This document shows positions 35,322 through 48,697 of a stretch of DNA of 64,000 nucleotides, in pieces (positions within the stretch are counted from its first letter, which is position 1; each line of letters starts with the position of its first letter). The stretch comes from Octopus vulgaris. Lineage: Eukaryota. Location of the stretch: assembly GCA_951406725.2 (NCBI GenBank), contig OX597838.1, positions 24,924,001 to 24,988,000 of the forward strand. The letters are read 5' to 3'. The translations under genes and the position numbers were made by a program. The notes beneath the pieces are model-generated. The model saw nothing but the letters and a program-made list of their open reading frames with translations, was not told the DNA's origin and did no database searches.

Positions 35322-36069
35322 GTAATAATAATAATAATAGTAATAATAAGTTGGAGTGCATCATAGCCATGTGTTGAGAGGGATTCTTTGGGATTTGAAT
35401 AGGATGGGCTACTCGACCAGAAGAAAATTCTAACTGGGCCCCATCTGCAAGGTCACACGCTGTTTATCTTGATATAAGATCACCCTGTCGTGCACATATG
35501 GTTGTGATGCATGTGCCTGGTGTACCCTTATCAGACGGGTTATCATGATGGGTGTACTGGGCTTCGTATATTTTACCCCAGTATCACTTTGATGGCATGT
35601 ACTGCTCTCTCACTCAATAATAATAATAATAATAATGGTTTCAAATTTTAGCACAAGGCCAGAAATTTCAGGGGAGAGGGTAAATCAATTACATCTGCCC
35701 CAGTGCTTAAATGATGCTTATTTTATTGACCCTGAAAGAATGAGAGGCATAGATCACATCAGTGAAATTTGAACTCAGAATGTATGTTCATATAGATACA
35801 GCCTCTTATAAGCTCAGCCATACACACACAGAAGCATGTATATACAAACATACACATTATGTACCCGGACTCACTCTATGCATGTACAGACAACACAGTT
35901 ATATGCAAAGTTATTAACACGGACTACGAAAGAGACAAAAGCCACTGGAGTTGTTGCCATCAAAATTCTGGTCCTTTGCCCAACATATTTTGGCTAATTT
36001 TCAAACACATAACATAAATTTAAAATATAATATAAAAATATATAAACAAAATAATAAAAAAGAGAAAAC

Positions 36070-36324
36070 TAGATAGAGATAGATAGACAGACAGATAGAT
36101 CGATAGATTGATAGACCAACAGATAGATCGATAGCCAGATAGATAGACAGACAGATAGATAGATTGGATAGATAGACTGACAGAGAGATCGATAGATAGA
36201 CAGACAGATAGATAGATAGATCAATAGATTGATAGACCAACAGATAGATAGATAGATTGGATCGGCAGATAGACAGACAGATCGATAGATCAGTAGACAG
36301 ACAGATAGATAGATCAATAGACAC

Positions 36325-36360
<36 letters not shown>

Positions 36361-36421
36361 TAGATAGACAGGTAAATTAGATAGACAGAAATGTGTGTGT
36401 GTGTGGATAGATAGATAGATA
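36070..36421. repeat. (GATA/GACA)n satellite
   Basis: Direct reading. Confidence 0.95.
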
Positions 36422-37460
36422 TGCACATATACCACACAAAAGGATATAAAATTCCCTCCAATATTAAATGATATTTATATATAAATTTCTACTAAAGTGC
36501 TAATGGGATCTTTGAATCACCCCATCTGCATATAAATTAGTTGGACTTCAAAAGTCTTCTCCACTTCTACGCAGTAATTTTTACTTTTTAAGAACTTCTG
36601 AAGAACCCCTGCCTACACACTCATTCCCACTCACACACATGCATTATAATTCTCTGAAGATTTGGCAGCACTAAAATAATAATAATTTATAATAATTAAT
36701 AATAGTTCTTTTGTTACTATCATTCAAATTATCATTATCATCACCACCATCATCATTGTTGTTATTATTACCATTTAAGGCAGCAAGCTGGCAGAGTTGT
36801 TAGCAAGCCAAATGAAATGCTGAGTAGTATTTCGTCTGTCTTCACATTCTGAGTTCAAATTCTGCCAAGGTTGAATTTGCCTTTCATCTTTTTGGGGCTG
36901 ATAAATTAAGTACCAGTGAAACATTGGGGTTGGTGTAATCAACTAGTCTCCTCCCTAGAAATTCGAGGCCTTGTGTCTCCAGTAGAAAGGATTATTATTA
37001 TTTATTATTATTCCTTTCATTACCAACCTGATTGAAGCCAGCTCTGGTTCTGTAGTACAAATCTCTTGTTTTTCATAAGCCCTGAATTAAAATTTCCCAC
37101 CAAACCTTAGTCACAATTAATGCTCCTAACACTAGCTTAACGATAACTAGGTTATTTTATTAAATTCTTTGTTATATTTAAAATAATTGAGAGAAAAACA
37201 AAGTATCTCAAAATAAATACAATAATGAAGGGGTCAAAGGTGGAGTTGGTCAAAATGCTTAGCAGTATTTCGACTGTTGCTACATTCTGAGTTCAAATTC
37301 CACCGAGGTCGACTTTGTCTTTCATCCTTTCAGGGTTAAAATAAGGACCAGTTGAACACTGGGGTCAATGTAATCGACTCATCCCTTTCCCCAAAATGGT
37401 TGCCCCTGTGCCAAAATTTGAAACCGTTATTATTATTATTATTATTATTATCATTATTAT

Positions 37461-37680
37461 TAGTGTTAAGAGTGCAGGCTACTAACCCCAAGATTCCATG
37501 TTCGATTCCAAGCAGTGACCTGAACACTAATAATAACATTGAAAAATACCTTAGGAATGAGAACCCAGGTTTGAAATTTCCCCAAGACACCTGAAGAAGG
37601 CTGGAGGGCATATCAGCCGAAATGTTGTGTTAACAACAAACAGGATGAGGGCAAATATCTGTCAAATGTAAATAAAGTAC
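37461..37680 (+). mobile_element. tRNA-headed hammerhead-bearing element
   Basis: Head TAGTGTTAAGAGTGCAGGCTACTAACCCC...GTTCGATTCC; same body as 2866-3103. Confidence 0.8.
37586..37631 (+). ncRNA. Minimal type I hammerhead ribozyme motif
   Basis: Stem I GACAC/GTGTT, core CTGAAGA, stem II GGCTG/CAGCC, GAAA, then TGTT (CGTT in the 32117 copy) giving a GUU cleavage triplet. Confidence 0.75.
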
Positions 37681-38738
37681 AAGATATGAGTGTTCAGCTT
37701 TTGCTGGAATGGCTGTGTGGTAAGTAGCTTGCTTACCAACCACATGGTTCCGGGGTCAGTCCCACTGCGTGGCACCTTGGGCAAGTGTCTTCTACTATAG
37801 CCTCGGGCCGACCAAAGCCTTGTGAGTGGATTTGGTAGACGGAAACTGAAAGAAGCTCCTCATGTATATATATATATATATGTATGTATGCATGTGTATA
37901 TGTTTGTTCCCGCAACATCACTTCACAACCGATGGTGGTGTGTTTATGTTCCCATAACTTAGCGGTTCGGCAAAAGAGAACAATAGAATAAGTACTAGGC
38001 TTCCAAAGAATAAGTCCTGGGGTAAATTTGGGTGACTAAAGGCGGTGCTCCAGCATGGCTGCAGTCAAATGACTGAAACAAGTAAAAGAGAGTAAATAAT
38101 TTGTCTATAGTGACCAAATCTATATGCTGTACATTAGCCTGCTCTCTCCATCAAATCACCATTGCCTGTACAGGGCGCATAGTGCATACAATGCATCAGA
38201 TGTTGAAGCGATCGCGAAGCAGCACGAGATAAAGTGTTATGCTCATAATAATAATTTATGCAAATGTGGGCACACAACCATAAATTCAAAAAAAAAAAAA
38301 AGGGTTGTAGTTGTCTGACTAAGCAGAACCTGTTAATTTACTGGAACTCCTTTCTATTGATCCCAGAAAGATGAGAGCCAAAGTCGAACCCCAGTGGAAT
38401 TTGAAATTGGAACATAAAAACGAAACCTGATTAAATATCACAAAGGCATGCTGTTTGGGTTTGGCACCTTACCAATTCTGCTGGCTGGCTTTGACAAAAA
38501 GCCATATCAATTTTTAAAGGGAATGAGGTGCATAGAATATATATATATATATATATATACACAGATATAGGGTGAAATATAATTAATTTAATAAAATCAA
38601 TAAATTTCACCTAGTAGTATTTCGGTATGGAAAAGGACCATATTCGGTAAAAATTTATATAATTATAATAATAAGGGTTTTTTGCAACAAGTTGCTTAAA
38701 CCACATACACACACACACACATATATATATATATATTA

Positions 38739-38790
<52 letters not shown>

Positions 38791-40149
38791 CTGTACTTCT
38801 ATAACAAGCAGACAAATTGATTATCAAACCAACAAGGCGCCTGCTGGAAAAATAGCAGCTAAATCTCCCTCTAATCAAACACAAAAATCTTAAAAAGATA
38901 AAAGGACATACACATAGGTAGGAATCTCCATGTGGTCTCTTATGTTTTTAGAAACAGCAGCCACATCATACATAAAACATAGCCTATTGTATTAAGAAAT
39001 AAACAAAAAACAGGAAGGACCCATTGGATGCTATGAATTCTTAACCTGTCCACAACTGGAAAAGAAAAAACAAACACGACGATGGTGAGGTCGAGTCTGG
39101 AGGGCTTTTCATCGTAACTCTAATCAATCAGGACTGAACTGGAGCTGAAGGGCATATAGAACAATATAGATACTGATTTCAAATTTTGGCACAAGGCCAG
39201 CAATTTCAAGGGAGGGAGTAGGTCGAATACATTGTCCTTAGTATTCAAGTGGTCGTTATTTTATCAACCCCAAAAGGATGAAATACAAAGTTGATCTCAG
39301 TGGAATTCGAACTCAGAGTATAAAGACAGAAGAAATGCTGCTAAGTATTTTACCTGGTGTGCTAACAATTCTGCCAGTTTGGTAGAAAGAATGAGATGAT
39401 CAAGCATCATGTATATCTGCTTGACCAGAGCTGACCTGGGGTTAAACGAAAACTATTGATTTTCACTGGATGTGGAGATATGTAAATAAAGAGGTGGGGT
39501 GTGGGGTGAGAAGTGGGGATTATAGTCAATTGAATTGAACTTTGATAGTGGAATGATTTTTTTTATTTTATTGATCTAACAATGATGAAAGGCAAACAGG
39601 GTTTCCACCTGACTGGTGCAGAGTCACCCACTGACGCACTCAAAAAAAAAAAAAAAAGCTCCAGTCCACAAGTGAAACAGAGAAACCACTTTATGGTAGC
39701 CCTACCTGCTAGATATACCAGCCAAATATCATTCAAATCACACAACATATTGAAATTCCAGTAAAATCATTAACTTGTTGTTTATCTAGCTCTAGGTTGT
39801 CAGCTCTGATAAAGCAGATATATAAGTAAAGGCACTCCAATCCTGACTGTCCCAACTGTAGAGTGTGATCTGAGGGAGATTGTGGATAACAATGTTTCTT
39901 TTAACTATTTGTATTATTATTACTATTATTATTATTATTATGCCAGACTCCTCTGGCCCTGGTGCTGGTGGCACGTAAAAAAGCACCCACTACACTCACA
40001 GAGTGGTTGGCGTTAGGAAGGGCATCCAGCTGTAGAAACATTGCCAGATCAGACTGGAGCCTGGTGCAGCCTCCTGGCTTCCCAGACCCCAGTCAAACTG
40101 TCCAACCCATGCTAGCATGGAAAATGGAGGTTAAACGATGATGATGAAG

Positions 40150-40640
40150 AAGATTGTCCTGCTGGCCTCCTTTAACTGGGAGGGGCAGGCAATTTTTATT
40201 TGTCTGGTGGCTGTAGCAAAAGGGATAGTATGGTGGACTCGTTTGAAAGGGCTACAGTCAGACACTTTCCTCTTTGGCCAACTTTTCCAAGTTTCACTTG
40301 AAAAGGTGAGAGCAGAGAGGCAAGTGTTGTCTTCTAGCAAATCTGTTGAAAGGTGGGTGAATGTTGCAAAAATGGCCCATGTGAATGGACCAATTCTGAG
40401 AATACACCTGTAAAAAGAATAAAAGGGCTCTTGCGCTGCTGATCAGGCACCAATGGCTTTTGTGGGGTTTTCCACAAGTAACCTTCAAAGTGCCTCCCCC
40501 TATTGGGAGTTTTACTTGTTACCTTTTTGTTATTTAAAGTTTACACATATGTGAAAACCCTTTGCATCATCTTGTGTTGTCCTTTACATATAATTTATAT
40601 TAGCCCTTGTGGCCAATTAAAAAATAAATTATTATTATTA
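40150..40640 (+). mobile_element. L1/Tx1-like LINE 3' remnant
   Basis: FICLVAVAKGIVWWTRLKGL...ERWVNVAKM resembles an ORF2 C-terminus (AK..IW..R); T-rich 3' UTR ending TAGCCCTTGTGGCCAATTAAAAAATAAA(TTA)n. Confidence 0.55.
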
Positions 40641-41271
40641 TTATATTTGTTGAAGGTGACAAGCTGTTAGAATCACTAGCATGCCAGGCAAAATGCTTAG
40701 GGGTCATTTTGTTTGTCTTTATGTTCTGGGTTCAAATTCTGCCAAGGTGGACTTTTGTCTTTCGTCATATGTTGTAATGGAGAAAAACACAAGAGAACTA
40801 TTATAATAGATATTATTATTATTATTATTGTTATTATTATCATTATAGCCCAACACTCTTAATCTCAGGGTCATGGGTTCATTCCTCACATTGGACAGAT
40901 TTTATAAGGTGGCAAGCTGGCAGAATCGTTTGCACACTGGGCAGAATGCTTAGTGGCATTTTGCCCATCTTTACCTTTTGAGTTCAAATTCCGCCGAGGT
41001 CAACTTTACCATTCATCCTTTCAGGGTCATTGTAATCAATTTAACCCTTCCCCTCCAATTGCTGGCCTTGTGCCAAAATTTGAAACCATTATTTATAGTG
41101 TAAGTATTATCATCATCATCATTACTTCTGAACTTTGGACTAAGTCACTTCTTGGTGTTCTCATTGACCATGTCCATCCACTTCAGTTCTTACATTAGTA
41201 ATTATTTTGAAAGGGGGTCAAGCGAGGCCGGCCGCAAGAGCACTGAAGCTTACAAGAGGCCTTGGTCTATT

Positions 41272-41331
<60 letters not shown>

Positions 41332-41488
41332 AGGAAGGAGGGAGGATACAGATGGAGAGAAAGAGATATATCTAATAAGAAGATTAAGTGGTATTATTTA
41401 TATCCATGAACCAGCGGAGGGTAATTAGTACACAAGGCTACTAGAACACATGCAAAAACAGCATTATGTATGCGTGCATGTGTGTGTT

Positions 41489-41538
<50 letters not shown>

Positions 41539-41691
41539 TGCAAGCTTATATAATATATTCATGTATATACACACACTCACATCATCATTATCATCGAGTT
41601 CAATTTGACTGAACAAACACAGTTCAAAGTACAGTAGTTGAAGTTACCAATAATAATTACCTAAACAAATAAGCCATTGAATTCTTACAAC

Positions 41692-41836
41692 TATAAGGTT
41701 GTCCCAAAAGTTCGTAGAAAGTCTTGGAAAATAATGGTCTTTATTTTGAGGAATAATTTTTGTTGTTTTTGTTAGTACTTGGCGAGTAAAAATTCAATTT
41801 TCGCAAGTGTTTACGAACTTTTGGGACAACCTAATA
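41692..41836. mobile_element. Mariner-derived MITE
   Basis: TA-TAAGGTTGTCCCAAAAGTTCGTA ... TACGAACTTTTGGGACAACCTAA-TA. Confidence 0.88.
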
Positions 41837-42251
41837 TTACACACACACACACACCACACAGATAGATGTGATGATAACTCTCGGCAGTTTTGATGTATGA
41901 GTGTTTGAAGGAAAGAATTTCATAAGAAGGAGAAAAAAATGGTTTAAAAATAAAAGAAGCTACATCTATTTGTGATGGATTCATGAATATAATTTTGAAT
42001 TCTGGTACGGATTCTGTTATGAAGTCGCAATTGGGGACACGGATGAATTTGATAGATTTTGTCTGGAATTGGACAAACGCATCTGTTGATTGTAGGACAT
42101 AATTCTTTTATTGTTCCGTTTCTTCAACTCAAATTGTTTTGATGCATTGTGACAAATGCATTGAGCAGAAATAACTGAGAAATACTGTCATTCTTCTTCA
42201 CTTCTGGGAGCAATTCATTTTGCATGTCTTTGAAGTAAGCTGTGTTTTTTT

Positions 42252-42415
42252 AGGCGAAGGAGTGGCTGTGTGGTAAGTAGCTTGTTTACCAACCACATGG
42301 TTCCGGGTTCAGTCCCGCTGCGTGGCACCTTGAGCAAGTGTCTTCTACCATAGCCTCGGGCCGACCAAAGCTTTGTGATTGGATTTCGTAGACGGAAACT
42401 GAAAGAAGCCCGTCG

Positions 42416-42456
<41 letters not shown>

Positions 42457-42645
42457 GTGTGTGTGTTTGTCCATTCAACATTGCTTGACAACCAATGGTG
42501 CTGTGTTTACGTCCCTGCAACTTAGCGGTTCGGCAAAAGAGACCAATAGAACTAGGCTTACAAAGAATGTCCTAGGGTCGATTTGCTTGGCTAAAAGCGG
42601 TGCTCCAGCATGGCCGCAGTCAAATGACTGAAACAAGTAAAAGAC
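42252..42645 (+). mobile_element. tRNA-derived SINE family A (representative; more than 20 copies or fragments in the window)
   Basis: Head GGCG(C/A)AGGAGTGGCTGTGTGGTAAG...GGTTCAGTCCC, CORE-like ACCTTG(G/A)GCAAGT, internal (TA)n(TG)n, tail GCTCCAGCATGGCCGCAGTCAAATGACTGAAACAAGT. Other copies include about 5180-5500, 14790-15125, 23755-24136, 31107-31700, 37710-38090, 42748-43108, 44635-45030, 51281-51690, 52245-52665, 52685-53110 and 63270-63730. Confidence 0.92.
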
Positions 42646-43108
42646 TCTATTGTCTTTCAAGGTGCCTTTCTTGGATGAACTACTGAAGCCTAAAAGCTTT
42701 TAACAACACACAGACATTATGATACATTGATAATATAAATTTATTATTTTACTTGTTTCAGTAATTTCATTGCAGTCATGCTGGAGCACTGCCTTCAGTC
42801 TAACAAATCAACCCCAGGACTTATACTTTGCAAACCTAATACTTATTCTATCAGTCTCTTTTTGCCGAACTACTAAGTGATGGGGACATAAACACACCAT
42901 CACGGGTTGTCAAGCAGTGGTGGGCAACAAGCGAACACGCACACACACAGAGGCTTCTTTCAGTTTCTGCCTACCAAATCCATTCACAAGGCTTTGGTCA
43001 ACCTGAGGCCATAGTAGAAGACATGTGCCCAAGGTGCCACAGAGTGGGACTGAACCTGGGACCATATGGCAGGGAAGCAAACTTCTTACCACACAGCCAC
43101 AACTGTGC

Positions 43109-43141
<33 letters not shown>

Positions 43142-43369
43142 TATAAGGCAAGCTGGTAGAAACGTTAGCATGCCAGGTGAAATGCATAGCCATATTTCGT
43201 CTGCCGTTACGTTCTGGGTTCAAGTTCTGTCGAGGTCGACTATGCCTTTCATCCTTTCGGGGTCGATAAATTATGTACCAGTTATGCACTGGGGTCGATG
43301 TAATTGACTTAATTCGTTTGTCTGTCCTTCTTTGTCCCCTCTGTGCTTAGACCCTTGTGAATAGTAAAG

Positions 43370-43418
<49 letters not shown>

Positions 43419-44592
43419 CTTGTGTGTGAGGCAGGCTTCCTTCAGTTTCTGTCGACCAAATCCACCTACATGGCTTTGGCTGGCCTGAGGCTATAATAGA
43501 AGACACTTGCCCAACATGCCACGCAGTGGGACTGAACCTGTAGCCATGAGATAGAGCAGTAAACCTCTTACCACACGGCGATGCCTGCACCTATATGAAG
43601 TCAGGAAAGTGTTTACAACTATCTACATATACAGCATCAGCTAAAATCTATAGATTGAGTTCCCAGTACAGCATAATATTGAAGGAAAAAAAAGAAAAAA
43701 ACCCAAAAAAAACAAGCAAAAAACAAAGCAAAAACGCTGTAAAAAAAAATTGATAGAAATGTAGCATTACACCATGCATGTGACACCACAGCATCCCGAT
43801 AATAGATACATGTTTTCAATATATATGGGATATCGCATCATATGGTATGGTAATATGTATCTATAGCTACGATGCAGTGGAAAACATAATTTGGCCTTTA
43901 AAAATCAGTCAAGAAACAAACTTGGGACGTATTGGTAACCAAGCAACCAGGATCAGCTGCTGACAGGAATACAACGCAAATATATATATATATATATATA
44001 AACTCTGCATAAAGCTCTGGTAAATTACTGAGCGATGTTCTTCGTGATTGAAGGGGAAAGACAGCATTCAGGAAAATAAAATAAAGGGAAAATTGATAAT
44101 CAAGACTGAAGGAATAATTCCTTTTTTTTTTTTTTTTATTTATTTGTATTATTTCTGTTCCTAGGATGGACTAATTTGTATGGCAATAAAATCCTATAAT
44201 GAGGAAGAATGGAATCAATCCATCTTGGACCAGAGCACCTAGAAGATCAATTACAGTACAAGACACACGCACACACATGCATATACATAAATATAAGTAT
44301 ATACATATACACTTACATATATATACAGACAAACATTTATATTTATATAAATATATATATATATATATATATTTGTGTGTGTGTGTGTGTCCTACCCATG
44401 CATGCACGGAAGATGGACATTAAACGTTGATGATGATGATAGATATACATACATACATACACACACATCTGCAAATATATAAATATGCTTAAATACAAAT
44501 GCACATATATATAAATATATACCATTATATATATATATATAAATATATACCATTATATATATATATATAAATATATACCATTATATATATAA

Positions 44593-44629
<37 letters not shown>

Positions 44630-44794
44630 TAAGTGCAGGAGTGGCTGTGTGGTAAGTAGCTTGCTTACCAACCACATGGTTCTGGGTTCAGTCCCACTGT
44701 GCAGCACCTTGGGCAAGTGTCTTCTGCTATAGCCTCAGGCCGACCAAAGCCTTGTGAGTGGATTTGGCAGAAGGAAACTGAAAGAAGCCTGCCG

Positions 44795-44851
<57 letters not shown>

Positions 44852-45519
44852 ATATGTTTGTTCCCCCCAACATCGCTTGACAACTGATGCTGGTGTGTTT
44901 CCATCCCTGTCACCTAGCGGTTCGTCAAGAGAGATTGATAGAAGAAGTACTAGGCTTATAAAGAATAAGTCCTGGGGTTGATTTGCTCCAGCATGGCCAC
45001 AGTCAAATGACTTAAACTAATAAAAGAATAAGACACACACATACACATCATATATCAGATCAGCCAGAACGTTGATTACACTATGTTCATGACAAAAGAC
45101 TGCACAACATGCATTGCATATGGAAAAGTTTGTAAAGCTAAAAGGAGACCACTGCCTCCATATATATATATATTTCATCGTCATCATCATCATCGTTTAG
45201 CGTCCGTTTTCCATGCTAGCATGGGTTGGACGGTTCTACTGGGGTCTGTGAAGCCAGAAGGCTTCATCAGGCCCAGTCAAATCTGGCAGTGTTTCTACGG
45301 CTGGATGCCCTTCCTAACGCCAACCACTCCGTGAGTGTAGTGGGTGCTTTTTACGTGCCACCCGCACTGGTGCCAGACAGAGCTGGCAAACGGCCACGAA
45401 CGGATGGTGCTTTTTATGTGCCACCGGCACGAGGGCCAGGCGAGGCTGGCAACGGACACGAAACGGGGTGGTGCTGGCAACGGTCGCGAAACGGAAAGTT
45501 CTCTTACATGCCACCGGCA

Positions 45520-45630
45520 CTTTCTGCATACTAAAGCGGAAGTAGACAGATTTGTTTGTGAGGCCTGCCAAAAGATATGCAACAACTTGGTGGGCTTCAT
45601 TTTTTTAATGAGCCACTGTCGGAAATAAAA
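45520..45630 (+). pseudogene. Possible RTE-type LINE C-terminal zinc-finger remnant
   Basis: FVCEACQKICNNLVGFIFLMSHCRK* resembles the C..C.R.C.S..GL.SH.R motif. Confidence 0.35.
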
Positions 45631-46956
45631 TTTATTCAGTAGTTAGTGATGGTTGTTTGGTATTTAAGTAAGTGGGTGCAGGTGTGGCTGTGTGGTAAGA
45701 AGCTTGCTTCTCATCCACATGGTTCTGGGTTCAGTTCCACTGCATGGCAGCCTGGCCATGTGCTTCTACTATAGCCTTGTGAGTGTGTGTGTGTGTGTGG
45801 GGGGGGCGATTTGGTAGATGGAAACTGAAAGAAACCCATCAGATATATATCATCATCATCATATGTGTGTTTTTCATGCTGGCATTGGTTGGACTGTTTG
45901 ACAGGTAGGCCGGGAGGCTGCACCAGTCCCCAATTTGATTTGGCAGGGTTTCTACAGCTGGATGCCCTCAATGCACCACACAGTGGGACTGAACCGAAAA
46001 CCATATAGTTTGAAAGCAGACTTCTTACCACACAGCCATGCCAATGAAAGTTTCTTTCAGGCTTTCATTTTGTTTTCATTTATTTATTTTGTTTTCAGAG
46101 TTTTCTTTGGAAAGTCAGACAGGAAGGTAAGCAAGTTAAACAGGAAAACCAGATGTCATGATTGACAAGGTTGTCGAAGAGCAAAGTTGGAAGTTTGGTA
46201 AGCGAAACACCATGCATTAAGTTTATGTGAGCGTGTTGTGTTGCGTCAGTCTGATGCAATGTAGGGTGAGACGTGCATTTTATAGACTTGATGCAGATGC
46301 AATTTAAAGGACATCTTCTACAGTTCCACAAACATGCCAGACAGAACATTAAGTGTCTTTGAGAAACAGGAAACGGAAGTGCACTTCCTCAGCATCTTTG
46401 CAAGATGAAGGATGGGATGGTGTTTTTTTATTAACACAAATGTTACACACTTGCATACATACATGCAAACATATACATACATACATACATAATTACAAAT
46501 ATATATGCACACATAATTACATACAAACATACATGTGTACATACATATACATACATACATACAAATATATATGCACACATAATTACATACATACATACAT
46601 ACAAATATATATGCACACATAATTACATACAAACATACATGTGTACAGACATATGTAAATGCACATACATACACTCATACATACATACATGCACACATAC
46701 ATATGCAAATGCACATGCATACACACATGCATACACTCATACATACATGCACACACAACTACATGCATATATGCAACCATACATATATGTAAACATAGAC
46801 AGCACATATTCCCACACATATATGCAAGCATATACATACAAATACATACTTGAAAAGTATATACAAACATGTAAACATACACACACACATGTATATGAAA
46901 CCGCAAACGGATGCAAACACACATATGAACACACACATACACCAACATACACTCAG

Positions 46957-46988
<32 letters not shown>

Positions 46989-47846
46989 GTGCAAACATTG
47001 ACACACATTCAAACACAAATGTGCACATACATACATATATGCAACTACACACACACATCACACATGCACACATATATACATATATGCAAACACTCATACA
47101 CATTTGAACAGAAATGCACACTCACACACACACACTACATGTCATAGGAGTCAAACTAAAAGGGCTAGGAACAGGATAGGACCCCTACCACAAAACCCAA
47201 TCCCAGAAAACCTGTTCAAATCGTGGCAGCATGGCACCTTGGGCAAGTGTCTTCTTTGTTAGCCCCAGGCCAGCAGAAACCTTGTGTGTGGATTTGGCAG
47301 ATGGAAACTGAAAGAAGCCCATCGTATATTTGCGAGTGAGTTTTTGTTTGTGTTCTCAACCCCACCCCTTGACAACTGGTGTTGGTATGTTTACATCCCT
47401 GTAGCCGAGCAGTTCGGCAAAAGAGACTGATAGGATAAGTACTAGGTTAAAAAAAAAAAATACTGGGTTCAATTCATTCATTCATTCAACTAAAAATTCT
47501 TCAAGGTGGTGCCCCAGCATGGCCACAGTCTAATGACTGAAACAAGCAGAACTTAGAAGATAAAAGCTGCTACTAAGAAGCAGAACAAAGGTTTTGACCA
47601 ATAATACATGGTGTATGTATGATGTATGTGTGTGTGTGCAACTACGCGTGTGTAAGTGTCTGTAAGGCATTATAAGCCTTTTGTTTCAACACGTTTAACA
47701 AGGCATGCTTAGATATGTGTATTTGAGCATGCATGCATCAAATATGCTTATTTGAACATTCATGATTAAATATGCATGTTTGAACATGTTAGCACTTAAT
47801 GTTTGTATGTGAATGCATACAGGGTAGTCAAAAGGGTATACCTATG

Positions 47847-47894
<48 letters not shown>

Positions 47895-47899
<5 letters not shown>

Positions 47900-48355
47900 A
47901 AGCAACACGTTTTTGTTTGTCTCCCGCGGCCATAAGGCACAACTCCATAAGCCAGCCCCAACTCAACTCGTCCTGTCGAAAGACCCTTGTCCTATGTCCT
48001 GGTTTGGTTTTTTATCCTCACCGTTATTGTTTTTACGTTTTTGTATTCTTATTCGTGCTTTCCTTATTGTTTTCACATATTTCTGTATTTTTATTCGTGT
48101 ACATCGTTCGTTTTTCGTCCTTGTGTTGTATACATTCGAAGCTTTCTTCCAAGGGATCTAATGCGCTTGGCTTAGATTTCCCTTGGGGGCTGCCCAGGTC
48201 GGAGCAATCTCAAGATTAATCAGCCGAAATTGCGAAGATGATCTGGTTCTTGACTGATGACTGAGGGCTTCGAATGTCCCGTCCTGTGGTTCTTGTGTCG
48301 TCTCCTAGGTGTTTCATGTTCTTGTCCCAGTTTGTATATATTTTTTACTTTTTAC
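47895..48355. mobile_element. Solo-LTR-like element
   Basis: About 460 bp of CpG-rich sequence starting TGTTGAAG and ending TTTTTACA (TG...CA), flanked by (TA)n. Confidence 0.55.
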
Positions 48356-48666
48356 ATATATATATATATATAGGTGCAGGTGTGGCTGGGTGGTAAGAAA
48401 CCTGCCTCCCAACCACATGGTTCCAGGTTCAGTCCCATTGTGTGTGGGCATCTTGGGCAAGTGTCTTCTACTATAGTCCCAGGCCAACCAAAGTCCTGTG
48501 AGTGGGTTTGGTAGACAGAAACTGAAAGAAGCCTGTCATCATCATCATCATTGTTTAACGTCCACTTTCCATGCTGGCATGGGTTGGACGGTTTAACTGA
48601 AGACTGGCAAGCCAGGCGACTGCACCAGGCTCCAATCTGATCTGGCAAGATTTCTACAGCGTCGTG

Positions 48667-48697
<31 letters not shown>

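Noticed and set aside
41870-42240. Complex unique stretch with several partly open frames
   Set aside because: No recognisable protein motif or consistent splice sites in any frame examined.
48253-48280. CTGATGA...CGAATGTC hammerhead-like string in the LTR-like element
   Set aside because: GAAT rather than GAAA, and no convincing stem I or II.
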